Assembly (NCBI GenBank): GCA_000503875.1
Contig: CP006913.1
Location: forward strand, 1-32,000
Length of the DNA stretch: 32,000 nt
Direction: 5' to 3'
From: Candidatus Saccharimonadota bacterium
GTDB taxonomy: Bacteria; Patescibacteriota; Gracilibacteria; Absconditabacterales; Absconditicoccaceae
Part shown: piece by piece, positions 10,505 through 21,224 of the stretch
Position numbering within the stretch: position 1 is the first letter of the stretch
How the letters are laid out: each line of letters starts with the position of its first letter
The notes under the pieces: generated by a model
Databases searched by the model: none
The model's input: only the letters and a program-made list of their open reading frames with translations
Told to the model about the DNA's origin: nothing
Position numbers and translations under genes: made by a program

Positions 10505-11056
10505 ATGGATATAGCTCCATATAAACAACAAATGCAAAAAGCAATTGAATACCTCGAAAAAGAGTTAAAATGACTACAAATGTGAAGAGCTTCAGCTTGA
10601 TTAGTAGAAAATATTGAAGTAAATCTTAGTTATGGATGATCACTTAAAATTCCTCAAGTAGGACATGTTTCTATTATGGATGCTCAGACGATAAAAATCG
10701 AAACCCGAGACAAAGGTGAACTCAAAAATGTAGAAAAAGCTATCTATGATTCTAATTGTGGATTAACACCAAAAAATGAAGGAAGCTATATTATTATTAA
10801 AGTTCCTCCATTGACACAAGACAGAAGATTGGAAATTGTTAAACAAGTAAAAGCCTTATGAGAAGAGATTAAAGCTCGTATTAGACTTGTAAGACAAGAT
10901 GCAATGAAAGATACCAAAAAACAATTTGATGATAAATTAATTGGTGAAGATGCTCACAAATTCAATGAAAAAGAAATCGATGCCTTGGTAAAAAGTATGA
11001 ATGATAATATCGATTCTATAGTAAAAATTAAATCAGAAGATGTTATGAAAGTATAA
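10505..11056 (+). CDS. frr: ribosome recycling factor (183 aa)
   Basis: Translation MDIAPYKQQMQKAIEYLEKELKGLQMGRASAGLVENIEVNLSYGGSLKIPQVGHVSIMDAQTIKIE...PPLTQDRRLEIVKQVKALGEEIKARIRLVRQDA. TGA falls on the conserved Gly of the TGRA and YYG motifs. Ends with TAA. Confidence 0.95.
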
Positions 11057-11088
11057 TCAAAAAACTCTTTTATTTTTAAAAACAAACA

Positions 11089-11880
11089 ATGAATATTTTT
11101 TCGCTCTTATTTATGGAAATATTGTATCGTCCGATTTTCAATGTAATGGTTATCTTCTTGGCAATTTTTGGAGGAAATTTGGGTATAGCTATTATCTTGT
11201 TGACGGTTATTACAAGATTGGCAATGATCAAACAAACATCTATCGGAAACGATATGCAAAAAGGAATGGGCGATCTTCAACCAAAACTTCAAGAAATTCA
11301 AGAAAAGTACAAAGACGATCCAAAACAACTTTCAGCAGAAACGATGAAAGTTTTCAAAACTCATGGAAAATGACCACTTAAGGGATGTCTTATGATGCTT
11401 ATTCAAATACCAGTTTTTATAGGACTTTATACTGTTATTAGAAAAATTTCCAACAACGATATTCCAGCAGAATGGCTATATAGTTTCATGCCATTTGGAC
11501 AAAAATATCTAGATCCAGCAAATATCAATCATATGTTTTTGGGAATAGATTTATTGGCAACAAAAAATATTGCATTAACTATTATAGCAGCTGTTTTTAC
11601 CTTTCTTCAAATGAAACTTACAACACTTGCAAAACCTATGACACCAAGTATTCCTGGTGCAAACGTACCAGATATGGGGAAAATGATGGGTTTTATGAAT
11701 GTCTTTATGGTGTTTATGATAGGATCATTTGTATATGGAACTCAAGCTGGAGTTGGTCTTTACATCGCAACAACATCTATTTTTAGCGTAGCACAATATG
11801 CTATCCAATATAGAGCATTGCTCAAAGCAAAATTCTTAGAATGGAGAAGTAAAGGACAAAATGTGATAGTTGGAAAATAA
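11089..11880 (+). CDS. yidC: membrane protein insertase YidC/Oxa1 family, short form (263 aa)
   Basis: Track ORFs 11089..11373 and 11392..11880 share a frame and are joined across TGA. Contains the typical motifs RPIFN..., LQPKLQEIQEKYKDDPKQLSAETMKVFKTHGKGPLKGCLMMLIQIPVFIGLY and multiple TM segments. Confidence 0.9.
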
Positions 11881-11890
11881 ATAATTAGAT

Positions 11891-11922
11891 AAAAAAACCT
11901 CTGAGTGATCAGAGGTTTTTTT
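11891..11922. terminator. bidirectional rho-independent terminator
   Basis: aaaaaaACCTCTGAgtgaTCAGAGGTttttttt lies between the convergent yidC stop (11880) and the minus-strand gene stop (11938). Confidence 0.7.
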
Positions 11923-11937
11923 GATGAAAATATATTG

Positions 11938-14900
11938 TTATGAAGTAACAAGCGCTCAAGCTAGATTATTTGCTGTTTGTTGAGTTGTTTGTTGGACTGT
12001 TGTAGATGCCGGTTTATATATAGCAAGATCCAAACTATTAATAAATGTATTTAATGTATCTTTGTCTATAGTAGTGGATAGAATTTCAGATAAAGATTTT
12101 GTTTTTTCTAACCAAGATGTTCGACCATTAAGGTCAAGTAATTCATCATTAAGTTTAGTATTTTCTAATTTAGCTGTTGCTTTATCATTTTGTGCAGTAT
12201 TTTTTTTACTATTAGCCAGTTTTAATTTTGAAGGATCTCAAGATCATTTTACCCCTGGTGTTGGTGAATATGCTGAAATTTCACTTTCTGCTTCATTAAT
12301 ATCCGTTTGAGCGTTAATTATTAAATTTTGTTGGTAAGCTTTTGATTTAGTATTTGTTTTATCTGTATCAAGTATATCTTTGATTTTTTCTTTAGCTATT
12401 GTTAAGAATCATTTTGTGCTATTATCGATAAGATCAATAATTTCAGATAATATTCTTTTTATATCAGCATCTTTTTTAATAGGATCTTTAAGAAGAGGTA
12501 GGAGTGATTCAAATTTGATTTTAATTTGGCTAATCATTCAATCTTTTGTTTGAATTTGGCTGAGTTTAGAGAAAAAATAATCTTGATTATTATCATTATT
12601 TTCTTCAATAGCTTTCGTTATTCTTTTTTGAATATTTGATTTTTCTTCTTCAATACCTTTTTGAAGATCTTGAAGTTGTTCTTTTAACTTTTTAATAATA
12701 TTTTTACCTGCTTTGATTTCTGGACAATCTTCTTCTGGTTTATCAACCGGTAAAATTCTACCATCATCATCAAAGAGTTTGGGTCAGATATTTTTTAGAT
12801 TGAGTACATTTTCTAGTCCTCCACTTGCCATCAAATCTTTCCATCGGTCTTCTTTTTGTCAAGCATCATAGAGAGCTCACAAGACATTTCTTTGACTAGC
12901 TACAGTATATTTATCTTGCATCCATTGTCATGAATCCGCCACAGTTTTACCAAAGAATTCGGTAATTGATCAAATTCCTCTAGTAAGCCATTGAAAAAGA
13001 TATTTAGTTTTTTTCTCTTCTCATTCTTTTACAGGCAAAGCTTCTGTTCATACTTTATATCAGTTAGAAAGTACATCAGTAATAGCTGTTCTTTCTCCAT
13101 CTTTTCCTGTTTTGATTCATTTACTCAAAGGATTCAAAAGCCATTGCATAGGTTTAGTGGCAATCATTCCAAGTTTAATAGGGTTCCAATTTGATTGTTT
13201 ACCCATCCACTCATTTATCTTCTCTAGAGGAGTATTAATAATGTTTGCTCATTTTTGAACCGTCCAAGCGGCAGCGCCTACAGCTCATTTTACTGTGGTT
13301 TCCGTTGCTTTCAAAGCAAGATTGGTTGCAGGAGCAAATTTATCTCTCACTGCCTGTCTTCATTTTTCAGCACCAGCAACTTTTTTGAATATTTTTGAAT
13401 ATCGTTTTGGTTTTACTTCAAAAGGATCTTTTTCTTCATAAAATAATTTGTTATTTGCTTCATTTTGAAACATAATAGTCATAGCAATAATACTTGCATC
13501 ATCAGCATGTTCTATTTGTCTATCAATCCAATTAAAGATTCCTCTTTGGTCTCATTTTAATGCGTGGCGAGCCCAATCTACAATAATTTTAGGATATGAT
13601 CCTCTTCTAATTCTATCACTACTTCTCAAAGCGGGAACTCTTCTTCTTAGGATTGCAGCCAAGATACTTCTCATTTTATCAAAATGAAGCGCATTTCTAT
13701 CAGCAGGATTTTCTCCTTCTACATGGTTATAGTTATCATCAGGACTATTAAAAAACAAGTTTGGAAATTTTGTAAAATAACTATTCATACGATCAAAATC
13801 AGCATCATCAGCAAAATCTCGGTCTCTACTAGCTGCACCACGTAATGCTACATTTCTATCATATACTTCAAAAATTTTATTTCTCATCATTCATCTTCGT
13901 GAGTTACAATCTTCTTCATATTTTTTCTTTTCGCCACCAAATGCTTCAGATTTTTTCTTAGTCAGAAGGCTATGTGCTCAATGAGTAAGTTCAAAGGTTA
14001 CCCAAGAGAGAAACCAATGATCAAAATCATTTTCTATTCCTATTGCAGATATTACTTCAGTAAATTTTGTTGATCATTTAATTGTTTTTAGTAATTCCAT
14101 AGGAGTTCAATGTTCAGTGTTTTTATCAAAATTTTCTTCTTTATTAAAGTCTACTATACGATCTTCAATTATTTTTCTAAGTTCCAATTTATCCATGACT
14201 TCTTCCAATTGTTTTTTCTGTTTAGGAGTAATCATAGATTTATCCGTATTTTTTGCTGTTTCATGCACCATCTGCAAAGTGTTAGTCAGATGTTTATATG
14301 CTTTATCTACAGATTTTAATTTTTCAATATGTCTTTCGAATCAATTAATCGTTTTCCCATTTTTATCTTTTTCTCCATTTCCAGAAAATTCTTTGAGAAT
14401 ATCATCAGGAATCACGACACCCATAGCAGAAAGCTGAGCTAGCACCTCATTAAGTTTAATGATTTTTTGAGCATCAGACTCAAAAGTAAAATGACTGCTT
14501 TCTGCCAATATATCAAATCATTGATCACTACAAAGTTTTTTTACTTTGTTTGCAAAAGTATTTAATTTAGCTCTTTCAGCTGTATCTAAATTACAAGAAA
14601 ATCTATTTATAGCTGCATGACGAAGAATCCATGATTCAGTAAATTCTTGTTTAGTTAAGAGATTTTCTTCAACATCTTGAATAACTTCATCAAGTCTTTT
14701 TTTCAATGTTTCTTCGACGATTCCATGAGGATTTATATGAGGAAGAATTTTTTCATCAACAATAACATCATTTGGATTAGCTGGATAAAGTGTATGTGTA
14801 TGTTCTATAGCAACAGCATAAGCAATTTTATCTTTGATACTCATTAATTGTCTAAGAGTTGTCCATTGATATCACAATGTTGAATTAAGTCCTCTTATTC

Positions 14901-15075
14901 TATTATCTAAAAAATTATCTATTTGATCTCTAAGATAAAAAGAGCCTTCTCCAGCTTCCAATAGAGAGAACATCTCATCCGATATTTTAGAAGACAGTGA
15001 ATTGTTTGTATCCATTGCTTTTCTAGCTATGTTTTGAGATTGCTTTAGATAATCTTCTGCTTGTGTGCTTGTCAT
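11938..15075 (-). CDS. large hypothetical protein (1045 aa), last gene of a four-gene ORFan operon
   Basis: Track ORFs 14872..15093, 14518..14844 and 13552..13890 share one frame. I checked all codons from 11941 to 15075 and found only TGA interruptions. ATG at 15073-15075 (MTSTQAEDYLKQ...), TAA at 11938-11940. I recognise no family, signal peptide or TM segment. Confidence 0.7.
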
Positions 15076-15101
15076 AATAGATAATATAAACAATAAAACG
15101 A

Positions 15102-15776
15102 TTATTTTTTAAATGGTTTCTTTATTTTCTTCCATATCCATTCTGCGGGTTCCTTAACTAAATGTTTTCCTAGCCAGGTATGCTTCAATGGTCGATTAAT
15201 AACATTTTTGGTAACTTTCCAAAGTTTAGATTCTGATTTTTCTTCTTGTTTATCTTCCTTCTTATCTTTTTTATTATGTTCTTCTTTTGTATTTGTCTTT
15301 ACTATCTGTTCAATAATAGGATTTTTTTCTTTCTGTAGTTCTTGTTTTAATTCATCAATATGTTCGTTTTTGTTTTTCTCTTTCTCTTTCACATTTTCTT
15401 TCAGCCAATGATACAAGTTCTCGTTTTTTCCAAGTTCTAGATTTTCATCATCACCATCTTTCCCTCTTTTTAGGATAGATAAAGCGTCTTCTATCGTAGT
15501 ACTTTCTTTAAAAATATCTGGCATATTATCTTTAAGTGTTTTGAGAACTCCTTGAGGTGTGAGGTCCACAAACGTTTCTACAAACTCTTTTTCCATCTTT
15601 TTTGTATCATTATAGGACAATGGTCCATTAGCTTTCAAAAATTCTTTCTTGGCTTCTTCTACCACTTCTTTTGTCTTTTCTCACTCTTTATTCTCTTCAA
15701 CAACTTCAGAAACAACATCCTTTTTTTCAGGTGTCTCAACAATTTCTGGAGTGAGTGTTGTTGCTTCTTTTTTCAT
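15102..15776 (-). CDS. hypothetical Lys/Glu-rich protein (224 aa)
   Basis: ATG at 15774-15776 (MKKEATTLTPEIVE...). It reads through TGA at 15681-15683 into track ORF 15102..15665 and ends with TAA. It starts 1 nt after the upstream gene's stop. Confidence 0.6.
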
Positions 15777-15777
15777 A

Positions 15778-16098
15778 TTATTCGTTTGTAGAGGGAGGTA
15801 AATCGTTTTCTTCAGAGTCTTGATCGTTGATAATATAGTCAGTAATTGTTTCTGCTGTAGCTTCTTCCAATAATGTTGTATAGTTTTGAATCTTGTGAAA
15901 GAGGTATGCATCTAAGTCTTCTTCCTTTTCAAAATGTTGATTTTCAATATCTTGTTCACTCACAATGTTTTCTATTTTTGCAAAAAAAGTTTCTTCTAAC
16001 AAAGTATCTAAAATATCTTTTTCAATATTTTCTAATGGCAAATATTCAGCTATTTTTTCATGAACAAATGTTTTTGCTTGAGATAATGTAGTTAACAT
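15778..16098 (-). CDS. hypothetical acidic protein (106 aa)
   Basis: Intact standard-code ORF running from ATG to TAA. Translation MLTTLSQAKTFVHEKIAEYLPLENIEKDILDTLLEE...DSEENDLPPSTNE. It starts 2 nt after the upstream stop. Confidence 0.65.
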   Translation of the reverse strand: MLTTLSQAKTFVHEKIAEYLPLENIEKDILDTLLEETFFAKIENIVSEQDIENQHFEKEEDLDAYLFHKIQNYTTLLEEATAETITDYIINDQDSEENDLPPSTNE

Positions 16099-16100
16099 AT

Positions 16101-16901
16101 TTATTTATAATCTGGTAAAGAATTTTGTTTAATTAACTTGTTTTTGTGCTCTTCAAGGGCTTGTTGAATTTCTTTGTATAACGCCTTTTTGATAGCAGCA
16201 TTCCATTTAGAATCACTAGAGTCTGTTTTTGTTTTATCTAACATTATTTTTAAATTTTTCACAATATCATCTTCTTTTCGTTTCCAGGCAAGAGTAACCC
16301 AGCCTCTTTTTAATTTTTGTCTTGTTCATAAAATTTTACTATTGGTAATTCCCATACTATAGATCAAAAGATTTTTAGGATAATTTTTTGAATCTTTTTT
16401 GAATGTATCAAATTTCTTTAGCATACTAGATCATCTTCTTCTTTCCAAACTAAAATATTCTTTAAGACTAGGCATATCTGTTAATATTTCATTGTTTGTT
16501 GTCTTTTCTTCTTTCAATAAAGATGTTAATCTATCTATTTCAGATTGTTTGCTATCTATTTGTTTTTTTGTTTCAGTATCAGGCGTTTTTGCTTTTTTGA
16601 TTTCTTCAAGAATAAGATTATAGAGTTCTTCCTTTTCCTTTTTAGATAGTTTTTTCGTTTTTTTATCTTTGAAAAATTCATCCAATTTTTCTTTAGAAGT
16701 TTTTTCTGGGTCTGAATTATTTTTTTCTCTTCTTCTAATCTCGTTTTCTACTTCCTTACTTTCTTTTTGAGAAGCAGGATCTGTTTTGTCTCTTAGCTCA
16801 AAAGCTTTCTTATAAAGTTCTTCAGAAGAAAGAGATTCTAAAGTGTTTTGAACAACATTGCTATTACTATTAAGACCTGTCATTATAATAATTTTATACA
16901 T
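16101..16901 (-). CDS. hypothetical Lys/Glu-rich protein (266 aa), first gene of the operon
   Basis: Track ORF 16431..16901 ends at TGA. It continues in frame (..ERRR-G-SSMLKKFDTF..) to TAA at 16101-16103, verified codon by codon. An alternative ATG is at 16881-16883. Confidence 0.6.
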
Positions 16902-16919
16902 CTAAAAGTCCTTAAGATA

Positions 16920-16947
16920 ATTCTACCCGACAAAAAAAAATTGTCAA
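16920..16947 (-). promoter_or_regulatory. sigma70-like promoter for the four-gene operon
   Basis: Minus strand reads TTGACA (16947-16942), a 16-nt spacer, then TAGAAT (16925-16920). It lies 19 nt upstream of the ATG at 16901. Confidence 0.45.
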
Positions 16948-16972
16948 TTTCCCCGAAGAAAAACTGACAATT
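16932..16972 (-). terminator. rho-independent terminator after the MFS gene
   Basis: Minus strand reads AATTGTCAGTTTTTC-TTCG-GGGAAATTGACAATT followed by T9. This is a long stem with a UUCG-type loop. Its 3' arm contains the -35 hexamer of the next promoter. Confidence 0.55.
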
Positions 16973-16976
16973 AAGG

Positions 16977-17004
16977 TTGACATAATTTGCAAAAATTATA
17001 TAAT
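16977..17004 (+). promoter_or_regulatory. near-consensus promoter pointing antisense into the MFS gene 3' end
   Basis: TTGACA (16977-16982), a 16-nt spacer, then TATAAT (16999-17004). An ATG lies at 17013, about where transcription would start. There is no convincing plus-strand gene downstream. Confidence 0.35.
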
Positions 17005-17017
17005 ATATTAGTATGAT

Positions 17018-18400
17018 TTACATACTATTGATTATCTTTTTTGTTTTCAAAGTATTAATTCTATATTTCATTTTTTTACCAATTCCCCAAATTGCCAAGA
17101 CAAATAAACTTAATCCTACCAAAATAAATGTTGTTTGCATTCCAAAAATTTCTGAAAAAAATCAGAATCCAATACTTCCAAAAATACACGCTAACATTGC
17201 TACAAATTGTTGTACACCAGTTATTGTTCCTGTATCATTTATATGAGTTTGTTCCGAAATTAGACTTGAAATAACGGGTCTTATCATAGAAAGCCCAAGC
17301 GATATTCCAAAAGATATAATTAAAATACTTCAAAAAGATTCGTTGAATCCAAATGAAGCAAAAAGGAAAGATAAGAACAAAATAACTATGATAATGAAAA
17401 GCTTTTTGTCATAACGATCAAACCATCCATTAGTAAAAAAATTAGTTACATAGGGTAGTCTCATAAGTCAAAATACCAAAGCAATTTCAGATAGACTAAG
17501 ATTGTTTTTGATAGCCACTAGAGGAATAAATAAGAATCAGATATATGCCATAATATTAAACAAAGCTTCAAATCCCAATGTATATATCATCGATTTTGAA
17601 TATCATTTCACTGCAATATAAGCCCTTTTTAGTGGCGCAAAAGAAAAGACTTCTTTTATAAATTGATGAAGAAAACTTTCTTTGGAAAAAACTTCTTTAA
17701 GGTGTCTTTTTTGATGAATAACAATTTTTTTGTCAGTAAATAGAGAAAGTATACCAAAAATAATTACAAAGATATATACATAAGGAAGTTCTATTCGATT
17801 AATAATAACGGCACTAAGAATTGCTCCAATTAGATATGCGGCATTGATACTAGAAAAATAGAGACCTCGAGAATTTCCCGGAGAATGTTTTTTACTTTCT
17901 AAACGAATATAACTTTCATAGGTAGTAAACATAGTTGCACCAGCAAAACCATTTAACACAACAGCAATAATAAGTATAATTGGTTGATGAAAAATACCTG
18001 CAAATAAAAATAAGAATCCGGCAATAATATAAAATATTTTGCTCATAAACAATAATATTTTCATGTTTCCACGATCATTTAATTCTCATATAGAAAGAGA
18101 CAAAATCATTTTGCTAAAAGGTAACAATGCTCAAATAATTGAAAGAAACAAAACATCATCAACGATACTTTTTAAATAGACAGAAAAATATGTATCAGCT
18201 CACAATCCCCAACCCAACATAAATAAAAACAATGAAAATGAAACAACTCTAATAGAAACAGGTATAGAAAAAAGATTTTTCTTAATAACAGAAAATAATC
18301 AGTTATGTATCTCCTGTTCGTTTGTTTGAAAAAGTTTATCTTTTGTTTCAAGAATTTTATCATTTACATTTATCAATACTTTTTTAATTTTTTGTTTCAT
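17018..18400 (-). CDS. MFS-type transporter (460 aa)
   Basis: ATG at 18398-18400, TAA at 17018-17020. Track ORF 17603..18064 is extended in both directions through TGAs, with all codons checked. About 12 hydrophobic segments. MFS motif-A-like GELNDRGNMK after TM2, and a second DRYDKK loop. Confidence 0.8.
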
Positions 18401-18435
18401 ATAAAATTTTCACGAATATAAAGTACGTTTCTAAA

Positions 18436-18463
18436 AGTATACTAAAAAATTTAATTCTGTCAA
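18436..18463 (-). promoter_or_regulatory. candidate promoter for the MFS gene
   Basis: Minus strand reads TTGACA (18463-18458), a 16-nt spacer, then TATACT (18441-18436). Confidence 0.45.
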
Positions 18464-18478
18464 AAAATCATCGAAAAT

Positions 18479-18506
18479 TTGCAAAATTTGTGTTTTGGTA
18501 TAGAAT
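18479..18506 (+). promoter_or_regulatory. candidate promoter for the 868-aa ORFan
   Basis: TTGCAA (18479-18484), a 16-nt spacer, then TAGAAT (18501-18506). Confidence 0.45.
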
Positions 18507-18539
18507 TGAAATATACTTTATATAAAAAACAATGCGTTT

Positions 18540-21146
18540 ATGGGCTGGTTAGATATATTTGGATGAGATGATACAGGGAAAAAAAACACTTGATCTGAGA
18601 AAGGTACTACTTCTCCTGTTGAAAAAAATAAAGATACACAAAAAAAGAAAGAAGAAATAGAAAAAGAACTAGAAAAAGAACTACAAAAACAAGCAAATAT
18701 AAAAAAACAAGCAAACATACAAAAACACAGAGAATTAAATAAAGCTATAAATGAAGTATACAAGGGTACAAAAAAAATAGAAATCAAATCTATAAAAGAA
18801 ATAGATCAATTAAATCCAGAAGAAAAAAGAGAACTTATTAAAGCAATAAAAGGGAAAAGAAATGAAATCATACAAGAACTTAGTTTTGAAGAGAAAAAAA
18901 CTGTAATTGAGAAGATATCAAACAATTCATGATTATCTCCAGATGATAAACTCCAATTAGCTGATTTAGTCCTTTCTTTGACCGAAAAACAACAATGGAT
19001 AAGGGATCTTCTAAAAGATAAAAATCTTTCAAAAGAGAATAGAAAAAGTAAAATAGAATGATTTTTTAAAGTATATGAATTAGTGAATTCTATGCCTCCT
19101 TATCAACGACAAAATGAATCAACAAGAAATCTTTTTGCAAAAAAAGCTGGGATAGTTGACTATAAAGAATTACGTGAACAAAACGAGAAAATAAGAGAAT
19201 GGATATTAAAGGTTATGTTGGAAATAGGTGATTTATATACATCAGGAGCCGATGTTTTAGATAAAAATCATGATAATCGATTAAAGGAAATCATAGTGAC
19301 TTCAGATAAACAATTAGCAATAGGAGATGCTTTAAGCGCTCTTTCAATCGGACAGAGAGAAAAAATAAATATGTTGACGAAAGAACAATTTCAAGATTTT
19401 ATTAATGAATTAAATAATATAGGCTCTAAAAATGCACAAAAACTTGAAGAAAAGTTTTGAGTAGAGAAAGATGCACAGAATATCTTTTGATTAAATCTTG
19501 AAATGAGTGTTATTCAGAAAAAACTTGATAATATAAAAATCCAATTTGAATCAGCTTGATGAAATCCTGCAATCACAGACCAAGATCGTAAGATCTACTG
19601 TGATAAATTTCAAATGTCTTATCCAAAAACGGCAAAAGAAACATTAGCTATAGATGTTGGTATATTAGAAGAAAAAATCAACCAATCAGATATTGATCCA
19701 ATAAAAAAAGAAGAATTAATAAAACAAGTAAATACAGTAAAAACAGATATCTATACTACGTATTCAAAATACAATCGTACAGAAGAATTAAAACAGATTC
19801 GATGACCTACGTACTATGCAAAAGTAGAACAACGTTATTTTCAACAACAAACACAAGTTGCTGAAAAATATCAAGAATGAAAAACAGGAAAAGATCTTCG
19901 TAAAATAGGTAAAAAGCTTAGTAGACAAAAAGAGTTTACAGATTTTTTCGATAAAAATAAAATAGAACATGATGATTTACAATGATCGTTTTCTCAAGAA
20001 GAATATGAGAATATTTTATTAAAAGAAAAATGAGATATAAAAGATGAAGACAAAGATAAAATTCAACAACAACAGGAAAAAGATTTATTAGATACCGCAA
20101 ATACAAAAATAAAAGATCGTTTTGTTGAGAGGGTAACATATTTTTTATGAAGTGTTCTTGATATCCAAATGGATAAAGATGGTAAAGAAAATATACTCAA
20201 AGGACTTGATATTGATGAAAAGAATATCGATAAAAATGTAATTACTATTCAAGGAAAATATCAAAATAAAAAGTTAACATTTATATATAATATTCAGACG
20301 TGAGATCTATTTACAGGAAAGTGGTTGCATGGAGCAAAAAACAATCCTCAAATAAGTATAGGTCAAAAAATGGAAAAACTTAATACGGTTTCAGGACCAA
20401 CTTTTTGAGAACATTTCAAGCAGGCAAAAACTATTTCTTATACTGATGCCATCCAAAAATCAGAATGAAATATTTCTACTTTTGAAAAAAATATAAACAA
20501 TCAATTAATTATAAAATGTCCTTTACCAGAACAATCAGATGCTTTTAGGGAAGAAATGAAACTTAATAACCTAAAAAATATTGCAGCTCAAGAAATATTT
20601 GAAATGATGTGATTAGAAAATAGACAATGGCCTGTATCATGAATAGACGGTTCTCAATATCATATATTTCCATTGTTAGCAAGAAGTCTTGATACTTATA
20701 CAAAAGATCAACTACTTCAAATAAGATCCATTATACAATGAATGAACGATTTTTATCGTAATCAAAAACAAGTAGATAATATAACTACAGAAAAAGCTTC
20801 TATAGATCCAAAATTAAATGAACTTGAAAAAGATACAAAAGATAACAGATATAAGCCATTAAAAAATATAACAAAAAAGCTCTTTTTACTTAGAGAGAAA
20901 GAACATATTAATTCAACATATATGGGAGAACAGTTTGCTTCATTTTTTGATTCTCTTCTATCTGATAGACCAGAATCTAGTGATGGACAAAAAATTATTG
21001 ATCCAGAAAAATTATATACGTATTATGAAGATCTGCAGCAAACAGAAAACAAATCTATCAACAAAGAATATTTTGCAAATCTTCAGGAAAATATGTCTCA
21101 ATATTTTGCAGAAACAGATCTTGATAAAAATTTACAAATAGCATAA
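18540..21146 (+). CDS. large hypothetical Lys/Glu-rich protein (868 aa)
   Basis: ATG at 18540. Track ORFs 19083..19460, 19614..19805 and 20742..21146 are all in this frame. I checked every codon from 18540 to 21146 and found only TGA interruptions. Ends with TAA. No recognisable family, signal peptide or TM segment. Confidence 0.7.
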
Positions 21147-21224
21147 AATTATTTTCTTCCATTGCTTTTTCACGACAAAAAACTACAACCAAATCGATTA
21201 ATTTTTATGTAACACAAAAAGACT

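Noticed and set aside
13552-13890. An apparently GC-richer stretch inside the 1045-aa gene could be a second compositional island.
   Set aside because: A hand count of one line gave only about 38% GC. That is a modest deviation, unlike the 47-52% seen in tsaC.
16425-16433. Splitting 16101..16901 into two genes (156 aa and 107 aa) at the TGA at 16431-16433, with an ATG 9 nt downstream.
   Set aside because: Under the code supported everywhere else the TGA is a sense codon and the ATG is in frame. A single 266-aa gene is the consistent reading. An internal start is not excluded.
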